Notes under the pieces: model-generated
The model's input: the letters and a program-made list of their open reading frames with translations, nothing else
Told to the model about the DNA's origin: nothing
The model's database searches: none
Shown: positions 15,730 through 24,687 of the stretch, in pieces
Numbering within the stretch: position 1 is the first letter of the stretch
Layout: every line of letters starts with the position of its first letter
NCBI GenBank assembly: GCA_016789605.1
Contig: JAEUQO010000284.1
Span: 8,205 to 72,204 of the forward strand
DNA from: Acidobacteriota bacterium
Lineage (GTDB): Bacteria; Acidobacteriota; Blastocatellia; RBC074
Length of the DNA: 64,000 bases
Direction: 5' to 3'
Position numbers and translations under genes: made by a program

Positions 15730-17073
15730 ATGAAGCGCAAACGCCATCACAATTATCAGCGCCCGCGTCAGGCTCCTGGCTCTGAACGCTCCTATCTCGC
15801 CTATCAGCTTGATGTTCCCGCTCCGGCGACTTCGCGTGGCGAACTCGTCCGTTTGTTGCGCGGCGGCGAAGACACCTACCTGGAACTCAAAGTCCGTTTT
15901 AGCAATGTCGAAAAGTTAACGGCGGAAATCATCGCGCTGGCCAACACCGCAGGCGGGGCAATCATTTTCGGCGTCAATGATCAATTGCGCATTGAAGGTG
16001 TCGAAGACCCTGAAAGCGTCGAAGAGCAATTGCGCGATCTTTGTGCGACGCAAATCCAGCCGCCGGTATTTCCCTATGTCAATAAAGTCGCCTTTGACAG
16101 CGGACGCCGCATCGTCGTCCTGGAAATAGATGCCAGCAGTCGTCCGCATCGCACGCTGGATGACCGTTTCTATGTGCGCGAAGGTGCGATCAAACGCGAA
16201 ACTTCGCGCGAAGAACTGTCGCAAATTTATAACGAGAAATATCAGGCGCGATTCGAACAGGTGCCGGTCTTTCAGGCCAACCTGGAAGACGACATTGATG
16301 AGTCGCTGTTCTGGAGCTATGTGCGCGGCGTCAATCCGGGCTACTGGGGAGAAGCGACTAAAGGCTTTCCGACGGATGCCGTGCTGCGCGATATGGGGCT
16401 GGCAGTAAAGTTCGGCGATGAGTTGCTGCCGACAATGGGCAGCTTGCTACTCTTTGGCCGTAACGACCGTGTGGCGCACCTGTTGCCGCGCGCAGATTTG
16501 TTGCTCACACGCTACAGCGGCAATGACACGCGCGCCCCAATTATTGAACGCGTTCACTTACGCGGCAATTTGCTGCGGCTGTTTGACGGCGCACACCATT
16601 TCATCCGGCAGTATGTGGATTTGTGGGATGCACGTCCGTCACGCAAAGTGCGCGAAAACGGCGCCTCAGTTCCCCAAGACGCCAAAGCCAGCGAAACGCC
16701 CGATGAATTTCTGCCGGGGCGCGCCAACTATCAACGCAGCGCCGTGCTCGAAGCGCTGACCAATGCGCTGGTACATCGCGATTGGGGTGGGCACGACCGT
16801 CAAGCCCGGCTGAACATTTACGACGATAGTCTGGAATTCATCAACCCAACACAACAGCTTGAATTACCGATCATCTCGCTGCGTTATGGCATCACCGCCC
16901 CGCCCAATCCACGCCTGAAAGCCATCTTTACCAACCAGCATTACGGCGCAACAGTGGTGCAAGGCGGCATTTCCATGCTGTTTGCTGAAACGATCAACTT
17001 TGTTCGGCGCGCGCCCGAAGGCCCCTCGATCACCAACAATGAATTCCGGCTGAAATTGCACGGCCTACGCTAA
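15730..17073 (+). CDS. AlbA_2 (divergent AAA / Schlafen-like) plus HATPase_c_4 domain protein (often annotated putative transcriptional regulator / RecG-like)
   Basis: N-terminal AlbA_2-like segment TYLELKVRFSNVEKLTAEIIALANTAGGAIIFGV. C-terminal HATPase_c_4-like segment EALTNALVHRDWGGHD. Confidence 0.7.
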   Translation: MKRKRHHNYQRPRQAPGSERSYLAYQLDVPAPATSRGELVRLLRGGEDTYLELKVRFSNVEKLTAEIIALANTAGGAIIFGVNDQLRIEGVEDPESVEEQLRDLCATQIQPPVFPYVNKVAFDSGRRIVVLEIDASSRPHRTLDDRFYVREGAIKRETSREELSQIYNEKYQARFEQVPVFQANLEDDIDESLFWSYVRGVNPGYWGEATKGFPTDAVLRDMGLAVKFGDELLPTMGSLLLFGRNDRVAHLLPRADLLLTRYSGNDTRAPIIERVHLRGNLLRLFDGAHHFIRQYVDLWDARPSRKVRENGASVPQDAKASETPDEFLPGRANYQRSAVLEALTNALVHRDWGGHDRQARLNIYDDSLEFINPTQQLELPIISLRYGITAPPNPRLKAIFTNQHYGATVVQGGISMLFAETINFVRRAPEGPSITNNEFRLKLHGLR

Positions 17074-17098
17074 CCTTTTCCGTCCTCACCAGATCATC

Positions 17099-17377
17099 GT
17101 GAAATCCGTTGCGCTCGCACTTTCGCTCTTGCTATTTTTCGCGCCCGTCAGCGCATCGGCCAGCCTTGCCGCCAGACAAACGGATTCTCGCCTCAATCTC
17201 AATACAGCAACCATTGCGGAGCTCACGCAACTGCCCGGCATCGGTCCGGCGCTGGCAGCGCGCATCATTGAACACCGGCGCAAACACGGCCCTTTCAAAC
17301 GTACAGCCGATGTCATTGCCGTACGCGGTATGAGCGCCAGACGCTATCGGCGCATCGCGCCACTCATTCGCATTTGA
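17099..17377 (+). CDS. comEA: ComEA-family helix-hairpin-helix DNA-binding competence protein
   Basis: Signal peptide, then LNLNTATIAELTQLPGIGPALAARIIEHR, which is an HhH motif. Confidence 0.8.
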   Translation: MKSVALALSLLLFFAPVSASASLAARQTDSRLNLNTATIAELTQLPGIGPALAARIIEHRRKHGPFKRTADVIAVRGMSARRYRRIAPLIRI

Positions 17378-20120
17378 CGAATGTGTCAACGCGCAAATCC
17401 TGACCGTCTGTCGAAAACGTGATCGCGCCGCATTGGCTGGTTTGCCATAACCGCGCGCCGCCTAAGCGCAAACGGGTTACAACGTCTGCGTGCGGATGTC
17501 CGAAAGGATTGGGATGCGCCGCCGAAATGACCGCGTGTTGCGGCTGTACACGCGCCAAAAATTCCGCTGTCGAAGACGTTTTTGATCCGTGATGCGCAAC
17601 TTTCAGCACATCAGCGCGCAACTCTGTTTCAGCAGCAACCAACCGCGCTTCGGCCTGTTTTTCGATATCGCCCGTCAATAAAAAGCTGCGTGCGCCAAAG
17701 CTCACACGCAAAACCAGCGACGCATTGTTGTCAGATTGAGCAGACGTGACGTTTTCGGCAAAGGGCGAGAGCACAGCCAAACGGACGCCATCAATTTCCA
17801 ATTCGTCGCCGCGCTTGAGTTCTCGCAAAGGCAGTTGGTTGACCGTCACAGCTTGGGTAAACGGATCAACCACCGGCGCGGGATTCTGCCCCACACCGCG
17901 CAATGCTTGCCCAACCGCGAAGCTGCGCGCGATTTCGCCGAAGCCTTCGACGTGGTCTGCGTCGCCGTGACTGGCGGCAATCCAATCCAACCGCTGTATG
18001 CCGCGCCGCCACAAATACGGCATCACCGCCGCTTCGGCGATACCGATGCGATCTTCGACAAAAACCTCATCGTCGCCCTCCGCCTCTTCGGGCTGATCAA
18101 AAGCGATGCGCCCGCCACTATCGAGCAACAGCAGTTTCCCGCGCGGGAAACTGAGCAAAATCGCATCGCCCTGCCCCACGTCAAGGAACGTGATCGTCAA
18201 CCGTCCCGCGTCGTATTGAGGTGGAAATGGATGCGTCACCAACAACCAACTGAGAACGAATAAAACAAGCAACGCCGTGACAGCCGTCAACCGTCCGCCC
18301 AGGCGCCGCCGCGTTGCGTTTGTGTCGTCTCCTTTGCGAAACGGATTCCACTCATTCACCAACACAATCAACGCCACGACTGCGGCAAAATATACGGCAA
18401 AAACCAATACCGAAGACTCGCCCCAATCAGGCACGCGCAAACTGGCTTTGCGCCAAACCAGCAACGGTTCCCCGGCTCTGACCGTCAGCCAGCCCAACCA
18501 GTTCACAACCCCAGCCAGTTTGCTCACCCACGCGCCCAAAACCGCTTGCAACAACAAATAGGCCGTCCCTGCCAACATCAGCGCAAACACCAACAAGCTT
18601 TCAACGACGTTGGCGAGCGGCGCAACCACTGACACACGATGAAAGTGGGTCAGCATCAACGGCAGTAACCCGACTTGCACGCCAACGGTCGTGAGCAACG
18701 TCAGCAATACCCAGGTCAACGCGGATTGCACGCTCAACGTACGCACACGCAACCGATCCAACAGGTAAGCGGCGCGCGCTTTTTCCAGCCGAAACCGTAT
18801 GCGCGATTTGCGCCGCTCAGCGCGAAACGCCGTTTCGCGCCAAAAGAGCAATTCTGCCATCCATTTCACTGCGCGTGGCACGCGCGGCGGATAGGGAGTC
18901 AACCGCGACGGTTGCCATTCACCGATCAGCTTCAAGCGTTCATACAGCGGGCCCGTCAGCACCACAATCATCAGCACAGTCAAAAACGAAAGCTGGAATC
19001 CCGCGTTGAATAGGTCACGTGGTTGCCACGCCAGTAAAACAAGCGCCGCCGCCGCCAGGGTGTTGGCCCCGACAGCCGCGCGAAAAAGCAACTGCCCCAG
19101 CAATGCAATCGTCAACATGACCACCGCACGCGTAATCGCCGGTTGCGCGCCAACCATCAGCGCATACGCCCACATCAGCACGATCACCAGCAAGTATTGC
19201 AACCAGCGAACACGGCTCAAATACCGCGCCAGCCAAAGCGCGACGCCCGCAATCAGCGCCACGTGCAAACCGGAAATCACCAACAAATGAAATGTGCCGC
19301 CCGCGCGAAACAGCTCTGCCGTATCACGCGCAATGAAATAACGATTGCCAAACAACGCCGCGGCAAGAATGCCCGATGCCGGTTGTTTGAAATGGCGCAA
19401 CGTAACGGCCAATCCGCGCGCGCGTAACCGATATAAACCGGCGAGGATTGCGTTACGTTTGCCATCGCCCAGCCGCTCGAGCAAAAGCGGGCTTTTCACC
19501 CAGCCGGTGGCGTCATAACCACGTTGTTCCAATAACTCGCTGAAATCGGGTGCGCCGGGATTCCGATATCCGCTGCGCTTGCTCAACTGTCCCAACACAC
19601 GCACGCGAACGCCGTAATCCAGCCGCAGTTGGTCGTATTCGGCGCGCGCTTCGTCATCATGAAACGGCACGACGATTTGCACCGCGCCGCGCGTTTGCCG
19701 CTCGCGTCCGAACGTTGCGACGCGTTCAACGGCAAGGCTCAGGTAAATGCGTTCCGGCGCAAGTTCCGGCGCAGCGTCCAACGTGCCCCAAAGCTCAATC
19801 GGTTCTTCGCCAGACAATTCACCACGCGCCAGCAACGTGCGCACGCGGTCGCCCGCAGCGCTGGCGTCATTCAGCGTCCACAACGCGCCGCCAACGGCCA
19901 AAACGCCGACCAGAAGTGCGACCGTCACCCACCAGCCTGTGCGTTTCAGGCAAAGCGCAACACCGCCGCACGCCCAGGCGATGACCGCAATCAACCACCA
20001 ATTTCGTAAGGGAAAATGAGATCGCGCCGCACCAAGCAATCCGCCCAGGAAGGCAAGCGCGAGAAAGACCAATGGCTGTTGCGGCAAGCTAAGCCGCGTG
20101 AAGCTGAGACGGCGCGGCAT
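17364..20120 (-). CDS. comEC: DNA internalization competence protein ComEC/Rec2 with C-terminal metallo-beta-lactamase domain
   Basis: Multi-TM core (competence domain) and a C-terminal MBL motif HGDADHVEGF. Its 3' end overlaps the comEA stop by 14 nt, convergently. Confidence 0.9.
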   Translation of the reverse strand: MPRRLSFTRLSLPQQPLVFLALAFLGGLLGAARSHFPLRNWWLIAVIAWACGGVALCLKRTGWWVTVALLVGVLAVGGALWTLNDASAAGDRVRTLLARGELSGEEPIELWGTLDAAPELAPERIYLSLAVERVATFGRERQTRGAVQIVVPFHDDEARAEYDQLRLDYGVRVRVLGQLSKRSGYRNPGAPDFSELLEQRGYDATGWVKSPLLLERLGDGKRNAILAGLYRLRARGLAVTLRHFKQPASGILAAALFGNRYFIARDTAELFRAGGTFHLLVISGLHVALIAGVALWLARYLSRVRWLQYLLVIVLMWAYALMVGAQPAITRAVVMLTIALLGQLLFRAAVGANTLAAAALVLLAWQPRDLFNAGFQLSFLTVLMIVVLTGPLYERLKLIGEWQPSRLTPYPPRVPRAVKWMAELLFWRETAFRAERRKSRIRFRLEKARAAYLLDRLRVRTLSVQSALTWVLLTLLTTVGVQVGLLPLMLTHFHRVSVVAPLANVVESLLVFALMLAGTAYLLLQAVLGAWVSKLAGVVNWLGWLTVRAGEPLLVWRKASLRVPDWGESSVLVFAVYFAAVVALIVLVNEWNPFRKGDDTNATRRRLGGRLTAVTALLVLFVLSWLLVTHPFPPQYDAGRLTITFLDVGQGDAILLSFPRGKLLLLDSGGRIAFDQPEEAEGDDEVFVEDRIGIAEAAVMPYLWRRGIQRLDWIAASHGDADHVEGFGEIARSFAVGQALRGVGQNPAPVVDPFTQAVTVNQLPLRELKRGDELEIDGVRLAVLSPFAENVTSAQSDNNASLVLRVSFGARSFLLTGDIEKQAEARLVAAETELRADVLKVAHHGSKTSSTAEFLARVQPQHAVISAAHPNPFGHPHADVVTRLRLGGARLWQTSQCGAITFSTDGQDLRVDTFVKCE

Positions 20121-20181
20121 AATTTATCGGACACGGATAAAGGCTGTTTGTAATCAAGCGGGACGTGAATGGCTGGCCAAG

Positions 20182-20637
20182 CTATTCACCGTCCAAACGC
20201 GCAATAAATTCGTGGTACAAAGCCCAATCAGGCTGCTGATCGTCTTCAATTTCTATGGGGAATGCGGGCTGGCCAGCCAAGGCGTCATTCAGCGCCTGCA
20301 TCCAGGCATCTACCTTGGCAACATACCAATGCCATTCCTTTTGACCGTTGCCAGTAATGACCAACATCAGAAACCCGGAACCTGGCGCATCCAGTTTCTC
20401 CAGCAAGTCTTCAAATTCGATGTGCGCGTCATTCACCTCGTCTGAAGGCATGCCGATTTCGTCTAACGGCTCATATGGCCAATACACGCTGACCAGAAAC
20501 GGATATTCGGCTTCGACAATTCCAGCAGGAACGTTTGTTCTGCCGCGAAAGATAAGCGGGCTGCCTGCCTCTTCACCTTGCGCGGTAAACCAGGTGTCTT
20601 GTTCGGTGTCGTGTTCTTCGTCGTGCGCTGAAGCCAT
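20182..20637 (-). CDS. hypothetical acidic protein (DUF695/RraB-like fold suspected)
   Basis: Very acidic open frame with conserved-looking IEFEDLLEKLD...MLVITGNGQKEWHWY. Start at the internal Met at 20637. Confidence 0.45.
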   Translation of the reverse strand: MASAHDEEHDTEQDTWFTAQGEEAGSPLIFRGRTNVPAGIVEAEYPFLVSVYWPYEPLDEIGMPSDEVNDAHIEFEDLLEKLDAPGSGFLMLVITGNGQKEWHWYVAKVDAWMQALNDALAGQPAFPIEIEDDQQPDWALYHEFIARLDGE

Positions 20638-20701
20638 ATAAGTCCCGTGAGAAATGTGCTGTTTTAAGACTGGCTGTTGAGCAACCACTTGTACGGCGGC
20701 G

Positions 20702-21970
20702 TCATTCGCCTTCTGCGATTTTCAACGTCACCACCGTTTCGACGTGAAACGTTTGCGGAAACATGTCGAGCGCGGTGATGGTTTCAATGCCATACCCGTA
20801 TTCCGTCAGCAATCGCAGGTCGCGCGCCAACGTCGCCGGGTCGCAAGACACGTAGGTGATCAGCGGCGGCGCAAGTGCAGCCAGGCGTTCAATCACAGGC
20901 GAGCCTGCTCCCGCACGCGGCGGATCAAGCAAGACAAAATCAGGACGCGGAATCTCGCCGGATTTGTATTTCAGCCAGGCTTCGACCGAAATCGGTTCGT
21001 AGCGCACGTTGGCCACGTTATTGGCGCGCGCGTTTTCGGCCCCGTGTTGCGCGGCGGCTTTGTTGCCTTCGACGGCGTAGACCTGATCAAAGGTTTTGGC
21101 GAGCTGCAAACTAAACAAACCGACACCCGCATATAGATCAACAGCCAACTGGCCGCGTGCGCCACCGGTAGCCGTGCGCACCAACTCTTCGACCAGCAGC
21201 CGGTTGCTTTGGAAAAATGATTTCACGCCAAAGCCGTACGTCACGCCCGCAATGCGCTGATGCGCTGTTCCCAACGCGTCAATTTCGGCGGCACGACTGT
21301 CTTCGCCCGTGGCAGGAGTCACAATCACTTCGTCGTCGCCCGCCGTCAGATAAACGCGCGTGGCATCATTGGGCAACAAGGAAGGTTCGTGATGCAACCG
21401 TTGTAATTCGCGATTGGCCGCCGGCAGCAAAACCAGACAATCAGAGACTTCACAGACGTCGTGTGAGCCGGTGCGAAAGTATCCGGCGCGCGGATGGTTG
21501 TCACGCTCACGCGCAATTTTGATTTCGGCACGCGAACGATAGCTGAATTCATCCGCCGCGCGCACCGGGATGTCACCGTCCCAAATAATGCCGCCCAGCC
21601 GCCGCAACGATTCGCGCACAAAAGAGGCTTTGGCGGTCAACTGGGCGGCATAATCCAGATGCTGCAACTGGCAACCGCCGCACACGCCAAAGTGTGCGCA
21701 ACGCGGAACGCGACGCGCAGGCGAAGGCACCAGAATCTCTTCAATCACGGCACGCGCATAACTGCGCTCGACGCTGGTGATGCGCACGCGCAATTCATCG
21801 CCCACCGCAGCCAAAGGAACGAACACCGTTTGCGCGCCCACACGCGCCAATCCATCACCACCGTAAACCAGTTTTTCGACTTTGACATCGTGAACGCCAC
21901 CCAGGACAACCGGCGGTTGCCCCTGCTGCCCACGCGATGTGTTTGCGAGAACTTCTGCGGGTGTTGCCAT
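20702..21970 (-). CDS. rlmD: 23S rRNA (uracil-5-)-methyltransferase RlmD/RumA family (TRAM + 4Fe-4S + MTase)
   Basis: TRAM domain at the N-terminus. Cys cluster CAHFGVCGGCQ...C. SAM-binding segment VDLYAGVGLFSL and the catalytic C-terminal region DPPRAG...YVSCDPATLARD. Confidence 0.85.
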   Translation of the reverse strand: MATPAEVLANTSRGQQGQPPVVLGGVHDVKVEKLVYGGDGLARVGAQTVFVPLAAVGDELRVRITSVERSYARAVIEEILVPSPARRVPRCAHFGVCGGCQLQHLDYAAQLTAKASFVRESLRRLGGIIWDGDIPVRAADEFSYRSRAEIKIARERDNHPRAGYFRTGSHDVCEVSDCLVLLPAANRELQRLHHEPSLLPNDATRVYLTAGDDEVIVTPATGEDSRAAEIDALGTAHQRIAGVTYGFGVKSFFQSNRLLVEELVRTATGGARGQLAVDLYAGVGLFSLQLAKTFDQVYAVEGNKAAAQHGAENARANNVANVRYEPISVEAWLKYKSGEIPRPDFVLLDPPRAGAGSPVIERLAALAPPLITYVSCDPATLARDLRLLTEYGYGIETITALDMFPQTFHVETVVTLKIAEGE

Positions 21971-22027
21971 AGCGGACCAGAGGTTAAGGATTGCGCCGAG
22001 AGGGACAATACAAACGCAATCGGATGT

Positions 22028-22747
22028 TTACGAGAGATAGAACAAACTCAAGCGGGGGATGCGAAATTGTTCCCGCAAACGACGCGCGACAAAATTGGCC
22101 AGCGTTTGCTCATACACAGGCGGTTCCATGGTCTGGCGATAGGCGCGCAATTGCTTTTGGGCTTCTTGCCGCAATTGCTGCAACACATCAGCGCCCGCGC
22201 TTTCTTGCACGCCCTCCAGCAACAACGCTTCAAGCAACGTCAGGTCGGCTTCCAAACGTTCCGGCGACAGACTGTTGGTGTTTTGCAAATCGGCAATGAT
22301 GTCGTTCAGCCGGGTGATTGCCCGCGCAAAAGTCTCTTGCCAACTTTGATCTTCCGCGCGTTGGGTTTGCAAGCGTTGCAAGATCGCCAATTGCTCGCGC
22401 AAATGTTCCGCGATGATCTGTGGGGAAAATTGCGGATCAGGTTCGTGCTGCCCATTGGCCGTTTGCTCGCTGTTGCCTGCGCCGACATGCGCCTCGCAAT
22501 AATCGAGATACATCGCTTCGACTTCTTGCTGGCAATACATCAGCGAATTGATCTTGCGCACGCGCTGGGCGCGCGCATCGTAAGCATCAAACGAAGAATT
22601 GATGCCGCGCAAAACAATGTGCAACGGAATGCCGCGCTGTTTCCAGGTTTCAATCAACGACCAATCCAGGGGCGAAATCAGCAAATGACTGCCGCGTCGT
22701 TTGACGAATTCGTCCTCGATTTCAGTGAAGTAATTGAAGTAGTTCAT
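22028..22747 (-). CDS. conserved hypothetical protein (starts MNYFNYFTEIEDEF)
   Basis: 240 aa with a helical, Gln/Leu-rich C-terminal half. No catalytic motif recognised. The ORF-track N-terminal extension was rejected. Confidence 0.5.
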   Translation of the reverse strand: MNYFNYFTEIEDEFVKRRGSHLLISPLDWSLIETWKQRGIPLHIVLRGINSSFDAYDARAQRVRKINSLMYCQQEVEAMYLDYCEAHVGAGNSEQTANGQHEPDPQFSPQIIAEHLREQLAILQRLQTQRAEDQSWQETFARAITRLNDIIADLQNTNSLSPERLEADLTLLEALLLEGVQESAGADVLQQLRQEAQKQLRAYRQTMEPPVYEQTLANFVARRLREQFRIPRLSLFYLS

Positions 22748-22933
22748 TCCGCATCGTGCGACGCCAACGAACGTGGCGATGGTTCCAGCACGCGTTTGTT
22801 TTGTTCGGGGATCGCAGCGCGGACATCTTAGCACAGGCCTTTCGGCTTGCGTGTGAACAAGTGTTGGCAGACGAAAAAAGTGCGCGGAAAATTTCGCGTG
22901 TGTCTCATTCGCTTACCTCATTTGTTGATCGCT

Positions 22934-23677
22934 TCAATGACGACGTAAGCGCATCACATCTCCGGCCAGAATGATTTGCTCTTCGCCTGTTGGCAATCGC
23001 AATCGCAATGCTCCGTCGTCAGTCAAACCGCTCGTCACCCCACTAAGCTGACCTGAAGCCAGCATCACTTGCACTTCCTGCCCATAAGCAAAGCTCGACA
23101 ATTCCTGCCAACGCTGCACGATGGATTGCGCATCCTGCTGCCACGCCTGATACCAATGCAGGACACGTTGCAACAACGTGTCACGAAATGAGGCGACCGC
23201 CACTTCGTTTCCCGTCATAAGCCGCAGCGACGTCGCCGTCTCGCTCAGCTCTGGCGGAAACAAAGTGTGATTCAAATTGACGCCGATGCCGACAATCACG
23301 CGCAGCGACGTTTCATTTCCAACGGCTTCGAGCAAAATGCCACAGACTTTTCGCTCGCCCAGCAACACGTCATTGGGCCACTTGATGTCTATGTCAGAGC
23401 CCCCGTGCGCCTGCAACGTTTCGGCAACGGCGCTGGCCGCCGCCAAACTCAGCAAGGAAACTTTGGCCGCTTTGGGGCGCAACAAAACAGAAAGATACAA
23501 ACCTTCGCCCGGCGCTGAATGCCAGGCGCGCGTGTAACGACCGCGCCCGGCGGTCTGTTCATCCGCTGTCACACAGGTGAATTCCTGCGCGTCGGCCAGC
23601 GTTTTCAGGTAGTCATTGGTTGAGCCGAGCGTGGCAAAGTGATGGATTGTAAAAGGGATGCGTTGAATGATCTGCAT
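22934..23677 (-). CDS. birA: biotin--[acetyl-CoA-carboxylase] ligase (group I, no HTH)
   Basis: BPL motif GRGRYTRAWHSAPGEGLYLSVLL with KWPNDVL. ATG 23677 is preferred over the ORF-track TTG start at 23698. Confidence 0.85.
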   Translation of the reverse strand: MQIIQRIPFTIHHFATLGSTNDYLKTLADAQEFTCVTADEQTAGRGRYTRAWHSAPGEGLYLSVLLRPKAAKVSLLSLAAASAVAETLQAHGGSDIDIKWPNDVLLGERKVCGILLEAVGNETSLRVIVGIGVNLNHTLFPPELSETATSLRLMTGNEVAVASFRDTLLQRVLHWYQAWQQDAQSIVQRWQELSSFAYGQEVQVMLASGQLSGVTSGLTDDGALRLRLPTGEEQIILAGDVMRLRRH

Positions 23678-23680
23678 ATG

Positions 23681-23770
23681 GCAAAAAGGCAACGGCAAAA
23701 AGCAAAAGGCAAAAAGTAAAAGCGAAGCGCTGGTAACGAGCGTCTCCCTTTTGATTTTTGCCTTTTGCGT
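23681..23770 (-). terminator. long imperfect hairpin / intrinsic terminator after nadC, built from an A-rich GGCAAAAAG tandem motif
   Basis: Left arm GCAAAAGGCAAAAAGTAAAAGCGA (23702-23725) pairs with TCCCTTTTGATTTTTGCCTTTTGC (23745-23768). The minus strand is U-rich after the stem. Confidence 0.5.
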
Positions 23771-23800
23771 TTACTTCCGGCGACGCCGGTGGTGGTTTGG

Positions 23801-24673
23801 CTACGCCGGTTTGATCTTGAAGCTGATGTCTACCGCGGGCGCAGAGTGCGTCAATGCGCCGATGGAAATCATGTCCACGCCAGCTTCGGCATATTCGCGC
23901 ACATTCGTCAGCGTAATACCGCCCGAAGCTTCGGTTAACGTGCGGCGTTCGTTGGGTTCGTGGGCGTGCACAATCTCAACGGCCTGACGCACCAGTTCCG
24001 GCGTCATGTTGTCGAGCAACAAAATGTCTGCTTTGGCTGCCAATGCCTCTTTGACCTGTTCCAGCGTAGCGACTTCGACTTCGATTTTGTGCAGGTGGCC
24101 GACGACTTCGCGCGCGCGGCGCACCGTTTCGCCAACGCCTCCGCCCAACGCCAGATGGTTGTCTTTGATCAAAACCCCATCGTCCAATCCCAAACGATGA
24201 TTGTGCCCGCCGCCTGCGGTCACGGCGTATTTTTCCAACAAGCGCAGCCCCGGCGTCGTTTTGCGCGTATCCACGATCTTGGTCTGTGTGCCTGCGACAG
24301 CGGCCACATACTTCCGCGTCAGCGTGGCAATGCCAGACAGCCGCTGCAAAAAGTTCAACGCCACCCGCTCTGCCGCGAGCAAAACCTGAGCGTCGCCCGT
24401 CACGCGCGCAAACACTTTGCCTTCGCCGATTTCCTCGCCGTCCGCCGCCGCGGATTCGATCTGGATATAAGGATCAAACGCGGTAAAAGCCGCGTCAGCG
24501 ACTTCCAAACCGGCTAGCGTCAAATCTTGTTTGGCCATAAATGCGCCGCGCCCTTTCTGGCCAAAGCGCACGACGGAACGGGACGTAAGATCGCCGCGCC
24601 CGATGTCTTCGTCGAGCGCGGCGTTCACGGCGTTAAAAATCGTTTCGGGGTCGAGTGGAATGATCATGGACAT
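23801..24673 (-). CDS. nadC: nicotinate-nucleotide diphosphorylase (carboxylating) / quinolinate phosphoribosyltransferase
   Basis: QPRTase-type TIM-barrel sequence with typical length. Confidence 0.9.
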   Translation of the reverse strand: MSMIIPLDPETIFNAVNAALDEDIGRGDLTSRSVVRFGQKGRGAFMAKQDLTLAGLEVADAAFTAFDPYIQIESAAADGEEIGEGKVFARVTGDAQVLLAAERVALNFLQRLSGIATLTRKYVAAVAGTQTKIVDTRKTTPGLRLLEKYAVTAGGGHNHRLGLDDGVLIKDNHLALGGGVGETVRRAREVVGHLHKIEVEVATLEQVKEALAAKADILLLDNMTPELVRQAVEIVHAHEPNERRTLTEASGGITLTNVREYAEAGVDMISIGALTHSAPAVDISFKIKPA

Positions 24674-24687
24674 GATGGTTTCGCGAG

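Noticed and set aside
21494-22831. 445 aa plus-strand ORF
   Set aside because: Antisense to rlmD and the MNYFNYF protein. Arg/Gln/His-rich with no motifs.
23678-23719. 13-codon K/R-rich mini-ORF (MAKRQRQKAKGKK)
   Set aside because: It arises from the A-rich tandem repeat that forms the nadC terminator hairpin. There is no Shine-Dalgarno, and it is more parsimoniously explained as structural RNA/DNA.
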